Shown: piece by piece, positions 11,561-25,050 of the stretch
How the letters are laid out: every line of letters begins with the position of its first letter
Position numbering within the stretch: the first letter of the stretch is position 1
Source of the DNA: Camelus dromedarius
Taxonomy: Eukaryota
Assembly: GCF_036321535.1 (NCBI RefSeq)
Contig: NC_087437.1
Span: 102,550,001 to 102,614,000 of the forward strand
Reading direction: 5' to 3'
DNA length: 64,000 nt
Notes under the pieces: generated by a model
Databases searched by the model: none
What the model saw: only the letters and a program-made list of their open reading frames with translations
Told to the model about the DNA's origin: nothing
Translations under genes and position numbers: made by a program

Positions 11561-14500
11561 AAGACTTTTAATTAGACCTATCTCACATATACATTTGCAT
11601 ATTAAATATTATAGAGAGAAAAATGGGAATTTCAAATAAAATTGCCATAATCCACTTTCCCAGATTAATTTCTAATATAATTCTCTAAAACTGCCATCCT
11701 ATTACCATCAGTTACACAGCATGTAACTATTTCAGCCATGTCAAATTAATCTTTAGCCCTCAAATTCTTTCATGCTTTGTGCACAAATGTATTAGTTAAG
11801 ATATTGATTGCTACTGTAACAAATAAGTCTCCAAAATAAAATCATTTCCACAAGAGCTGTATGTACCAACCTTGGCTGAGAGTTTAGGTAAGTCTTCAGG
11901 GGTCACAAGTTGATGGAAGAAATCTTTAAGCCATGATTTCCAAGATTATTTCATCCTATAAACCAGAATAAAGAATTATACATGATATTGCACAATACTT
12001 ATGGAATGCATGAATAAGTGAATGGATTTTATGTTCACTTATCCTGAATAAAATATGAAAGTTTTATTCTTGATGGAATAACCCCTCCTGAGAAGTCATA
12101 TTGAAAGCATCTACTTTTCAATGAATAATTCCTGCTGATCCAGTTAAACTGGAGTAAAATTAGAAATCAATTGCCATTTCATTTTTACTAAAGAATATTT
12201 TCTGTTAGGACAGAAAGAGCTATCTCATTTTTAGTAGACTGATGAGGATGAAAATGATGGTGAAGTGTGAATGACTACCTAGTAGAGATGAGAACAAAAA
12301 AATATTTCTGAAGACATAAAAGAGTATGTCATTCAAGGATATCATAGATCATATAAGAGTTTATGAAGATGAACTATGGAAAAATGGTGATTTCCAATAT
12401 ATTGGACTTACCTAAATCAATGATTACTTTTAAAAGTTTTAACACCCTCAAAACAAAAACAGGTTTTCTAGAGGTATAATAAGATTGTGTAAACAATTAT
12501 TCTCTTCAAGGTCTAACAGCAGATAAAAATTCTGTCTAATACTAGAAATGTATGTTTTCAGTGTATGTTTACATATGTTGTCCCACCCTAGATTTTCACT
12601 TGAGTCTCTAAGTTAAGAAAAATGTTATAAGGTTTTGATAAATAAAGAAACCAGGACTGGCGTTAAGCAATAACTGACAAGTTCAAGAATGCAATTCCGT
12701 GGTCTTCCTTTACATCATTTCTATTATCACCTTTGAGAAGAGCAAGTCATGGATGAGGTTGGTAGCTGCCTGTATCCCTAGTAATCTGATTCATCAAACC
12801 AATGATTGACAAAGATGTTTCACACATTTCACTCGCCCAGATGTAAACTGCGTTATATGCACCCTCTCTCATTGCGGTCCATTTGAAGCAATCTGCGGTA
12901 TGCAGCCACGGCTCTCCAGAGTTGGCCAGAATTAAGCCTTTGCTTTTCTGTCTAGTTTTACCAGGCTTTTGACTATTTAGCTCTGACGTTATTTCATATT
13001 TGCTTCAATTCTGCTGTGTACCTAAAATAAAATATTCACCCTAATCCTTCTATTTATTTACTGAGTATTTATTGTTTCTGTGTTTTCAACACACAGAAGC
13101 AACATAAAAGCTTAAAATTTCATCTCGTTCCATAGCTTCCCAAGGAAAGAGTCATGTCTTTCAAGAACTGGCTTACTCTAATTGATCTAAATAAACTTCA
13201 AAGTATTTTTACACTGAAAAACTTGGCTTGGTTTAAATGCCTCCCTCCAGTCATTTTGTGGTGAAATGAATAAAATTTATTATTCCAAAACCATGGAAAT
13301 TTACCCTGAATTTACTCATCAGTGAGCTAGTTGAGATCCTTGGGAGTTCCGCCATGACATCCCAGCGCCACCTTCTCTCCCCAGGTGGGGCCACACCCAT
13401 TTCAGCTTCCCACAGGACGAACTGTTGCTGTTCCTTGACAAGAGAGGATGTAACGTCCCATGAGCACCAGGCTCTCCAGGTTGTGCAGCTGGTAGTCCCA
13501 GGCCACTTCTCTCAATAGCTGGCATTAACATTCCAGGCTGCCGGAGACCAAGCTCCCTTTGTTTTCCCCAATCACAAGACGACTGTCTCACTCTTGTCCA
13601 TATAATGAAGAATAAGAGAAGTCACTGTCCCTCCACGAGAACATAAACTACTAGCCTGCATGCCCGAGCACCCTGACCCTGATAATTCTTTCTGTGCGAG
13701 GGGCCAGGGAAAGCTCAGCTTTCTTTTCACTGTTGACCTGGCCTTGCAAATAGGGCTTTGTTGAATTTAGCCAGAATCTCTATAAAGGAAAGGTTAGACC
13801 CCGGAAGCCCAAGTTACACAGCACAATGCTTTGCAAACTCTTATTTCTGAGCCCTAACTAAATGATCAAATAAACATCCAGGCATAGAGTGAGTGACTCA
13901 AGCAATTTGCACTAATTGGTATGGCTCTCACCTTCTAACCAGTGTATTATTACTGGTTTAAGCATAAAACTAGCATAGCTCTTCATTTCTCCTTAAGCTG
14001 CCAATTTCTTATTTCCCTACCTCCTCTATAACACAGGCTTAACTAACCTGAAATAATTATTTTAACTTAAGCAGAATTTCCAGCTGATTTTGAAAAACTT
14101 CTTCCTTAAACCTTGTAGCATTCTGTTACTTTTCACTGGGCTACTTAAGCACTCATTGATAAACAGTTTTTACTAATTCTGTTTACAAAAATTTATGCCA
14201 CCATTTCCACCCAAAGAGATGCTTCCTTTATTTAAAAGTACATATTTCAAAATTGTATCATTACCGTTATTATAATAATAACTTGATTATGTAAATTTAT
14301 ACATTTTACTGCTTTGGTATTTTTCCATTACAGACATTATATTCTATACAATTATGTCCTAATTTCTGAAACAAAGAATATTATGCAATATAGCAAGAAC
14401 AGAGAACTAGGACTGAATTTAAAGTTTTGTGATCTATTAATTATCTTTGAGTGGAGGGACTACAGGTGACTTCATTTTTTTGATGGTCTACAGTTTCCAG

Positions 14501-14899
14501 TTATTTTAAATAACTGTTTATTATTTAAGAACATTAAAAATGCCTTAGAAATTCAAAGGTGGCATCTCAACAGTTTTTAAAAGGCTTTTTCATTGGGTAT
14601 TATTAATAATTTCATGGAAAATATTGTGCAATTCCAAGTCTCTGGGAGAAGTATATGGAAATTTAAGAAGTGAGACATACCAGATTACTTATACTTAAAA
14701 AAAAATCTTAATGGAGAGGAATCAATCATTTCCCAGTGTCTCAGTGTTCTCATTTAGGTATCCACCAAGTACATTCACCACTTTATCACTTTTTAATATC
14801 ACAATTCTATTACTACCTAAAAATGGACTTTTTCTTGATGCCCATCATGATAAGTAAGTCTTTGTATTCTAGCACATATATATATATATACACACACAT

Positions 14900-15080
14900 A
14901 ACTACAATTCATTGTTTTCTATATGCCAAGAACAGTATTTCTATTTATCACAAGTACCACAGAAGTTAAGTTTAACTAGCCTAATTTTAAGGTTAAAAAA
15001 AAAGACAACAGTCATTGTAAGCATTTGCCCAAGGTCATCTACAAATAAGCAACAGACAAAATTTAGATCCCATTGTTTCT
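14900..15080 (-). mobile_element. MIR fragment
   Basis: TTTGCCCAAGGTCAT...AATAAG...ATTTAGATCCCA core motif. Confidence 0.55.
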
Positions 15081-17727
15081 CTAGGGTCACCACCTTGCTC
15101 AGGCCTGGGGGCACACTCCATCATACAGCGCAGCGCTCTGCCCCTGCTGTGGAGTTGCTGTCAATTCCTTCTGAATACCCCAGACTGCCTCCCATTCCCC
15201 AACAGCCAAATGTGGCGAATGGTTTGGCTTTAGAGCATACGGCTAAGTATACAGTTGATCATACTGATGTATTCTTGCTGCAAATTCATAAATGAACAGA
15301 CAGCTGCTTTATTGTTGGTACGAGAGAGGAAGGTACTGATTTAAGACTGCACTGTCATTACTCTCTCTAAGTCAAAAAATAACATAAAAATGAGAAAGTT
15401 GACCTGTCTGTGGGTCCATTTTTATACAATTTTATTTGAGAAAAGCCACAATCAATGAAGGGTCAGGCATTCATATTTTGCCAGCTGCTGGTGGATATTA
15501 AGGTTGACTCACCTTTGCTGACTGTGTTAAGTGAGAGGCTAAATTCCCTGACTTCAAACTACCACTGGTAATTTACCATGATGGCGGGGCTGTACGTCCT
15601 GACCCAAGGGAAATTTGCTTTTACTTTGATAAACTGAGATTTCGCAACACTCCTGTAACAGCTGAGTGACTTCCCTTGTTCTGGAGAGAAACTATTCTTG
15701 TTTAATCTTCTCAGGTGATTCTCCTATTGGCCTAAAAGAGAATCTGGTTGCTCCTTCAGGCAACCTCAAGTGATAACGGTAGTCGTGAAAATGAGGGCGG
15801 AAAAGAAATGGCATTATTTGCTTTAAAATAAAGCCTCAGGTAAAAAAATTAACTGCCTTGTGTTTAAGTATTTACAGGAAAAGCAGAAAAGGGAAAAATA
15901 GCATATACAGCAGCTTAATACTATACTTACCCTTTCTGGAACTAATATGCTTAAGTCCAAGAATTTCACCTCCAAAGAAAATATTTGAGATACTGCTGTC
16001 TTATTTTCCCGATGTGTTACACTAAGAATTAATAACATTAATTTATTTTAAGGGATTTTTAATAGCTCTTATTGATTCCTTTCTTTATACTCAAAATAAT
16101 TTTCATTTAGGGTGTTGTAGAAATAATACAGTCATATCAGTAAAAGGAGATTTAAATATTGTTTGAAAAAATAAATCTTTCCTCCCAACGAATTGTTTTC
16201 ATAGAACAGAATTTATTCATATTAACTGTGGCAGTGAGCTTGTCTAGAATCAGAACAGAATATGTAATCTGAAATAAAATATTAAAGAGTAGAAGGAAGA
16301 AAATACCCACTTTGACCTTGTTAGCGTCCGTGAGAGAAGCAAAAAAGATTAGACTAAATTTTAATGCTTAACAACTAGCAATTTTAAACACACTAGACTA
16401 AATTGGATGGAGAAGGGTATTGGTATTGGAAGAGAGAGTGGAACAAAAGATCTCGCTTGGCTGAGACCATTGGTAACTGCCATTGGGGTCCCTCTGAGTC
16501 AGAAGTCCCTGTCTCACGTGTGTTCTCACGCCTCTCCCTACTGCCCCAAGGATTGTCCTGGACTTCAGAACAGTACACACGCCAGCTCATCCTGAGATTT
16601 CCCACAACAAAATTAACGATACACAAGCATTCTTTTTTTTTTTTTTTTTTTCTGTTGAGGTCCCCTCCCTTTCACATGCAGTCTACTTGGAAAAAGTCAA
16701 AGGGTGTCTAGATTAGTTTAGTTTTCTTTTGCCACAGCCCTTTCACTCAGAAGAGGGCTCCTTATTTTTCATGAATCAAACTTTGGAAACAAAGACGGCT
16801 CTCACTGCAGCCTAGAAAACAGATTTTGCTATCATCACAGACAACTCCAAGCTGCCGCTCATCTTTGGACTTCTCCAGGGAAGAGTCAGGCTCAGTTTCA
16901 ATAGTTCAAGTTGCCCCCCCACCCCCACCCAAAGTCTCATTATGCTCTGCAATTTTCCCATAGAAGCACTAAACCAACACATGTTAATGAGTATTTGGCA
17001 TCCCTTTTTCCTGGCATAGACTAAAACTTCACCAGTCTTGAAGTTCAATTCCACTATACAGATGTGGCTTAAAGTTACAGAAAAGGTAAATGTCGAGCAA
17101 TGACAGGTACTATATTTAAATAATACTCCTCTCATAAATCTCTTTTCTGCTTGGCTAAAAGTGCTTGCTGGGTGAGAATCAGAGAACCTGTTGTTGGCCG
17201 TGGCTCAGCAAGTCCTGCTAATATGTTTTAAGAACCTCCCTTTAATATGTCATGGACTGTCCCTCACTTTGGGGCTTCAGCCAATATTTTGAGCTATTAA
17301 GTAAATGTTTGGCATTTTGTTTTGCTTTAGAGAAGGACCAAATCTATTTTTAAAAGAATTAGCTTTAAAGAATATATTAGGAAGTTCGCAAATGAACCTA
17401 TCCAGAAAGCTTTGTGCCTCACAACTCATGAAAAACAGAGAGGTTGTGCACATGCTCTTCCACCAAAGACATGACAATTTAAAACTAACAGAGGAAGGCA
17501 GGCACCACAAGTCAAAAGAAACAAACCGATCTGTTTATTGATTTAGATACGAAATTCTGATTGAACCCTTCAAGTAAGGATCATGACTGAAGTGAGTACA
17601 GTCTACTAATAAGACTCCACTCATTTACCTTATGTCTTTCATACATATAGGATGTTTTATATTATTAACACCCCATCATGTATTTTTATATGTATGCACA
17701 CACAAACACATACACATACACACACAC

Positions 17728-18001
17728 ACGAGTCACCAGCCCATCCATATCTGGGAAGGACTAGTTCTAGGACCAATACCAAAATCAACAGATGCTCAGG
17801 TCCCATAATTGGCCCTTCCTATGCACAGATTCTGCCTCCACAGATTCAGCCAACCACAGATCCTAAACATAGTACATGATTCACAGTTGGTTAAATCCAT
17901 GGATGCGGAACCTTTGGAGATGGAAGGCCAACTGTGTATTAATTGAAAAAAATGTATAAGTGGATTGGTGCAGTTCCAACCTGTGTTGTTCAAGGGTCAA
18001 A
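17728..18001 (+). mobile_element. MER2/MER2B-like TcMar-Tigger non-autonomous DNA transposon
   Basis: ATACCAAAATCAACAGATGCTCAGGTCCC...GTTGGTTAAATCCATGGATGCGGAACC...CCTGTGTTGTTCAAGGGTCAA, flanked by CA and TA microsatellites. Confidence 0.8.
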
Positions 18002-18099
18002 CATATATATTTATATGTGTGTATATATATATATGTATGTATGTATGTATATATATATGGCATCAGTCCTATATAGTGTTTTTATATATAAACCTGAGG

Positions 18100-19024
18100 T
18101 TTGGCTGTTACTTACTATATAGTCAGACTCAAAGCTATAATTTATTATAGCAAAAGGATAAAGCAAAATTAGCAAAAGAAAAAGGTGCATGGGACCTGTT
18201 ATACACTGAATATTTGTGTTTTCCCCAAATACATATACTGATGCCCTAACTCCCAGTGTGGTGGTGTCTGGAGATAGGGCTTTTGGAAGGTGATTATGAT
18301 TAGAGAAGGTCAAGAGAGTTGAGTCCTGATGGGATTAGAGCTCTTATAAGAAGAAACACCCAACAGCTTTCTATCTCCCTCAGTCACCTCTATCTCTATC
18401 TCTGTTTATCTATCCACATCTATTTATCTCACCCTCATGTGAGGCCATAATGAGAAGGCTGCCAGCTACAAGCAAGGAAGAACATGCTCACCAGAACCCT
18501 GCTGTGCTGGCCCCCTTCCCTGAGACTCCCACCCTCCAGAACTGTAGTAATTTTCCTTTGTTTCAGCTGCTCAGTCTATGGTATTTTGTCATGGCAGCCC
18601 GAGCTAACTAACACAATGCCTTTTCAGAGGAAACTAAGTGCAAGCTTCAAAGAGTCCTCCTCCAGCTGAGTCGCACAGTATGTGCTTAATTTCTCCCACA
18701 GTAAGCTGGGGCAGCACGTGTAAAATGCTGTCTACCACAGAAGTGGATTAGGGCCTCCGTGCCCAGGATTTTAATTGAGAGCTGATCACGTAGACACACT
18801 TTGCCTAGCATGTTCCAAAATTCCAGACTCCCAGAAGAAAAGCAGGTGTTCAGCATAAACCATATTGTTTACATAAACAGTCTAGGCATATTAAGTCATT
18901 CTTATTCATTTTGGGAATGATGAGAACCCTCCCTAAATCTCAGAAGCAGCCAAGGACCGATTTTGCAAATAGATGTTTTGAGGACTAGTGATTTCAAGCC
19001 TGCTGTGTTAGCTCTTTTTTGCAC
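18100..19024 (-). mobile_element. MER77-like LTR split by an MLT1A insertion
   Basis: ATTTATTATAGCAAAAGGATA...GCATGGG resumes after 18615 and runs to GCCTGCTGTGTTAGCTCTTTTTTGCACA. Confidence 0.65.
18197..18615 (+). mobile_element. MLT1A-like MaLR solo LTR
   Basis: Characteristic termini TGTTATACACTGAATATTTGTG and GGTATTTTGTCATGGCAGCCCGAGCTAACTAACACA. Confidence 0.85.
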
Positions 19025-21676
19025 ATAGCCTCATCTGGGCTGTACCAGGTACAGAAAACTAAGGAATTCTACAGAGGAAGAAGAGAAAGTATTGAAAGGT
19101 GAAATGTTTGAAAGGTGCACTGACTATAGAAAGAAACATTTTAGCATAAAAGTTCTGAGAGCTTGAGAAACACTGACAGTTAATGTAGGCTTTGGGGGCC
19201 GATCCTTGGGGTGGTGCCTGAGGTGAAAACCAAGACTGCAACGTTACTGGAACTTGACTGCTTACTTGCATTCGATGAAGAGTTTGACAGCAGAGAAACT
19301 GCCAAGGAAACATATGTGGAGTGTGAGACCTTCTGGCACAAGAAGTTGAAAAGAATTTTAGCTTTTTAATAATACGAAAATATTATTTTCAAAAGTCAGT
19401 GCAGAAGGAAACCAAGGAATGAGACTCAGAAAGCCAGGCAATGACCAAGAACAAGCAGTTGGGACTCACCTCGCTTGGTGAATAAATCTAGGTTATTTCA
19501 GCCTCAACTCAGGACTTTTAAGGAGACTGAGAACTTCTCTATGACCAAGAGGCTCCATCATTGTTAGACTTCACTCAAGTGGGAAACGAGAAAGTCATAA
19601 CACATAAGCACCCACTCTACTGACACACACACACACACACCCTTATTCATAGAATGAGTTTAAAATGGTGTCTTGACTCCAGTTCACATTAAACTGGGTA
19701 AAGCAGAAAACCAGAGAGCAAAGCAGATTGTTATGTTGGTTGCCACATTAACGTAGAAATTGGAACATTGCTAACTTCACCTTCTACAACCATCACAGAT
19801 GCATGTAGAAAACTGGCCCAGAACTCAGTGAGGAGGTTAAAAGTTGCAACATAAAAAAGAGAGGATAGAAAAATGCCATTCTCATGACAATTTATAAGCT
19901 TTTATATTCTGAATGTCCTGATCTTGGCATGGCATATCTTTCATGAATTAATAGACACACTAGGACAGTTCCCTATACTTGAGGCAGGGAACCACAGCCT
20001 CAGGGATATTTCATGACGAAGACTCTGAATGAAGACTGTGGACAGTGGAGAAAAAAATATAGTCTTTAGTATTGGATTCTCTATTCTAATACATTCCATA
20101 ACAAAACAAAAACCAAAAAAAAAAAAAAAAAGAAAGAAAGAAAACAGTGAAGAGACTGTTATTTTGGGAAGTATTCAAACTGGTGGAAATAAAAAAATCC
20201 AAGGAGTCATTATCAAATATATTACTAAATAAGATACTTAATAGAAATTTACTAAACAAGCAGAGCATTTTCAGTCTAGAACAGAGCAGTCAATGAAGCT
20301 GGCATGTGCATTTTCTTCACCAATCATTCAGAGTCATAACAATTTGAAGCACCAATTTCATATTGTTCCTTCATACTCAAGAGGGAGATCGCTCTAAAAC
20401 CCAGACAGGGGTAAACGACAAATTCAGAAAACTTTTCCAAGTGGCATGCTAGTCTACTGCCTTGGCAACATAAAGGTGAGTTATAACTATGTGCACACTC
20501 GCATAAATATGAAAATATGCATACACACATTTATGTATAAATACACACACATATTCTCTGTCAAGGAATTAAAACTGAATGACAAGTCTTGATATGGAAT
20601 CTGAGAATCACAGGTAGCTATTAACTGCCATTTGCTGCCGGAAAGTCAATTTTCATAAAATTGTGAATCCCCCCAAAATATAACTATATTGGAGCTTTCA
20701 AGTAATTACTCAACTAAATAAAGTCAATCAGCAAAACGACTGCCTCGGAGGAAATCTCTTAGGTCTTAGAACACTTACGGTGACAACTATGCTCAGTTTA
20801 GCATTTGACCTGCCCTTCAAAGATTGCATTTGGGAGTTAAAGTTTGAGGAAATGGAGATGGAAGAACTAATATTGTATAGCATACAGCCACTACTTCAGG
20901 AATGGTAAATCCCTTCTACGGATCTGTGATAAAGGTACAACAATGGAGATCATGAGGACAGTCATTGTATCTAAATTAAACAGAAGAAAGAATAGTTTGG
21001 TTACTAGAATGTAAGAGGTTGAATCTCAGAGGAGTTAAAATGCTGATACAGGTATAAATACAGGTATAGATATAAGTATACCCCAAAACATGATCAACAG
21101 ATAAAAACACACAAATATTTAAAAAACACACACAAATATTCACCTGTTAGTTAAATTTGACTTTGGAATGAGTTCACAAGATATAAATTTTGATAGACAA
21201 ATCCTTTACAGACTTACAGAAAACTTAGGTTTCATTTATAATGTGGATTTTACATATAATACTTTACTGTTTTTTTTCTTCCTTGGCATAGTGCTTTCCT
21301 AACATTATATGGAAAAGGGATTAAAAAATGAAAATGACAGTTTTTCAAAAATATGTTCCTTGAAACTGCAGTTTCCTTGGGTTATTTTGTAGCATTCCAC
21401 AAGCACATAAAAAGATTTTATGTTTAAATATGTGGAAAATTCTAGATCAAACAAAATTACCCAGGTTTCCTAAGTGCAGGTATGGACAAAGCTATAATAT
21501 ATTATTGTGCGTACAATCATTAAAGGGTAGATGATGTTTCATTTTCCAAAATAATTTAATAGTGAAATCTGATTTAGGGAACACTTGCAAGCTGCAGAAG
21601 ACATTTAGAAAAATGAAAATCTCAGGGGAGTTCTACAGCCTTTTCATACCTAGAAAATATTCTTTTTAGCATACCA

Positions 21677-22320
21677 TGGAATTTAAAAAAAATATATGTA
21701 ACTGATCTCTCTCCTTGGTTCCTGACACAGAGTTCCTAAAACACTTGGAATTTCCTGAGTGATAGGAGCATTATGTTATTAATAAAGAGTCCTTTACAAC
21801 ACCCGAGTTGATGCCATAGGAATTAACTCATGGTGGGACCCCTAGATAATTTCAGGGTGAGGGCTGGTCACCAGGAGGATCAATCACACAATTAAAGGGT
21901 TGGAATTTCAGCCCCACCCTCTGACCTCTGGAGAGGGTAGAGGGACTAGATATTGGATTACAAAAACTCCTGATCAATGAGATTTGGAGAGCTTCTGGGT
22001 TGATGAATACATCAATGTGCTGGGACGGTGTGGCACTAGGTAGAAGCCCTGCACCCCCAACCCTCATACTTTGTCCCATGGTTCTCTTCCATTTGATTGT
22101 TCCTGAGTTGTATCCTTTATAATAAACCAATAATTGTAAATAGAGCACCTTCCTGAGTTTTGCAAGTTGTTTAGAGAATTGTCAAACTTGAGGAAGAGGT
22201 CGCGGAAATCCTCAAGTTTGTAGTTGGTGATAGTAGCGTGAATATACTGGGAAACCAGGTGTCTGAAGTGGGGGCAGTCTTGTAGGAATGAGCCCTTAAC
22301 CTGTGGGATCTGAGCTCCGT
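21677..22320 (+). mobile_element. MER21-like LTR
   Basis: GGTTCCTGACACAGAGTTCCTAAAAC, GGGCTGGTCACCAG, GTTCCTGAGTTGTATCCTTTATAATAAAC and GAGCCCTTAACCTGTGGGATCTG match the recalled MER21 consensus. Confidence 0.8.
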
Positions 22321-22439
22321 ACATATACATGCATACATATAATAACCATGTGGAACATGTAGAACCCGTGTCATAGATAGATGATAGATACACTTCCATA
22401 AAGTTATCTAAAATGGTTTTAAAAATATACGTTTTATTC

Positions 22440-25050
22440 ATACTATATTTGAGTTCTTGCTGCTCCACATTCTCACTAATACTTGATATTGTCTATGTTT
22501 TTAAATTTAGCCATTTAGTTGAATAGTAGTATCAACTTGGTGCTTTAATGTGTATTTCTCTGATGACTAATAAGTTTGAACATTATTTCTAATGTTCATC
22601 TGCCTTTTGAATTGTCTCTTTTGCAAAGTGTTTAAGCCTTTTGCCCATTAAAAGTAATCTGGTTATCTGGTTTTCTTTGATTTATAAAGATTACTTATTT
22701 ATTTTGGCTATGAGATCTTTATTAGATATATGAGTAGCAAATATCATTTTCCACTTTGTGGTTTAAATTTTCACTCCTCATTGATGCCTTTTGATGAATC
22801 AAAGTTCTTAATTTTAATGTAGTTTAATTTTTTCTTGTTTTGCAAATTTCACATCCTGTTTTAGAAATTATTTTCTGCTCTAAGATCAAACATTGTTTTT
22901 TGTTGCCTCTTTCTGAAACTTTTATGATTTTTTTCTTTTATATTTAGATCTGTGATTCATTTTTATGTATGGTGTGAGGTACTGGTGAAGATACTTCCTT
23001 TTCAGAAATAGATGTTCAGTTGACATGTATTGAGATCACAGTCATTTACCCCTTCGCTGGAGTATCACCACCATTATGAATTGACATCATATGTTTTGAT
23101 GCATTCCCAGAATCTACAGCCTGTCCATATTGTTTTTCCTTTTATTCTTTTTTTCTGAACACAATGTGTAAGTGTAGCTGTATCCTTACTGTAGAACTAT
23201 ATTTGATACTATAATATCCCTAGGTTTGTTCTTCTACTACTCTGTCTTTTTTTGACACTTTGCATATCCATATGAATTTATAATCTGTTTATTAACGTCT
23301 AAGAAAAGAAGCCTGTGAACATTTTGATCAGTATTACCAATATGTAAATAAATTTAAGGAGAACTGAATACTGAGTCTTTATAAATAAACATGTTATTTA
23401 TTCTGGTCATCAGTAATCTCTTTTAATCATATTTCATAGATTTTAGCTATAAAGTCCTTACAAATTTTTGTTTTATTTATTCTTAAATATATTAGTATTT
23501 TTGTTGCTTTATAAATAGAAACACTGTAAAATTTCCAGATTATTTTGGAGTCTTTTGTTGTCATGTGATCTTCAAGAAAATAAGTTTTATTTGTTTATTT
23601 TCAATTTTCATCTTTTTATGTCTCTCTCTTTTTTCCCTGCCTTACTGCAATGTTCAGACTCTCCATTAAAACATAGAAGTAGAAATAGTGGGTGTCCTCT
23701 TCCTCTTCCCCCTCTACAAGGTAAAGATTTCAACTTAAAACAAAGTCACTGAATGTATGTACCCTCCATGTTGTCTGTAGATATTTACCATCTCAAATTT
23801 TTCCTAGTTTTGTCCTAGTTTACTAAAAGATTTTTCATAAAAGGGGATTGAATTCTAGTCAAATGCTTCTTTTTGGCTTCTGTTGATATGATTTTTTTTC
23901 TTTCTTGACTGTTCTCAACAGGATGTAGAATTCATGGTTTTGTTAGCCTCAAAAAAGTAGATAGGAAAGGTCACTTTCATTTTTTCTTCTGTTTTTCCAA
24001 AGATTTTGTGCAAAGTTAGAGTTATTTCTTTTTTAAATAGTTGGGAAATTTTGCTATTAAAGCCATCTGGTTCTAGAGTTCCCTGTGGAAACGTTTTTAA
24101 AATAACAAATTTAATTTTTTTAACAGATGCTTCACTACTAAGATTTTATGTCACCTCTTAACTTTAGTAAATTGTATTTGTGGAGGCATTTGTTCATTTT
24201 AACTAAATTATTAAATTCCTTTCTCAAAGTTGTTCATAATGCTCTTTTATTATCTATATTAGAGATCTATATTTATGCCATCTTTTCTATTTTTATTTTT
24301 GTTATTCTGTTTTCTCTCCTTGTTACTTTGAACAGTCTAAGAAGATAATCAAATTGATTAATTTTTCCATCTTTTCAAAGTTCCAACGTTTGGCTTTATT
24401 TTCTCTCTTCTGCAATATTTTATAAATTTCCTTCATTTCTGTTTTCATCTTTATTATTTTCTTTTCTTCATACTCTTCTTTCTTGAGATAGAAAGTTAAA
24501 TTATTGATTTTTGCTCATTCTTCTTTCTCATATATGCATATAAGGCTATGAGTTTTTCTTTAATGTTGCTTTAATTACATCCCACAAGTTTTGATCTGTT
24601 ATTTTATTGTATTCAGCTCAATGATTTTCTAATTTTCATGCTGATTCATTCCTGGATCCATGAGTTGTTTAGGGATGTATTATCCAATTTTCAGGTGGTA
24701 TATCTTTTTTTTAGTATAGTTTTATTGCCAATTTCCATCTTAATCCCATAATTAGAGAACATATTTTGAATTATTTCAAATATTTTAAGTTTTCAAATTA
24801 TTTGAATATTTTAAATTTTACCCAAACTTTGTTATAGTTCACACATGGTTGATTTTGATGAACCTTAAATGTGCACTTGAAAAGAAAATAAATTCTGTTG
24901 TTGTTGGGTGAATGTTCTACAGATATCAATTAGTTCAAGTATGTTCATTGTGATGTTCAGAACTTTTTTGTCTTTCTTTATTTTTGAGTGGTTTTCATCA
25001 ACTATGAAGAGATACTTCAGATAACTGAAGTCAAAGTAATTACAGATGGG
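22440..25050 (-). mobile_element. Old L1M (L1ME/MC-like) ORF2 remnant
   Basis: T-rich + strand with antisense L1 motifs (TTTCTCTGATGACTAAT, TATGGTGTGAGGTA, CATCCCACAAGTTTTGAT, CACTTGAAAAGAA). Confidence 0.8.

Noticed and set aside
13362..13378. CTCF-like CAGCGCCACCTTCT
   Set aside because: Only half the core matches; it cannot be supported without a PWM score or ChIP data.
14912..15295. 127-aa ORF
   Set aside because: It begins within a MIR with a non-ATG start and has no recognisable domain.
22064..22468. 134-aa ORF, the longest in the track
   Set aside because: It runs antisense through a MER21-like LTR and its flank; a chance ORF.
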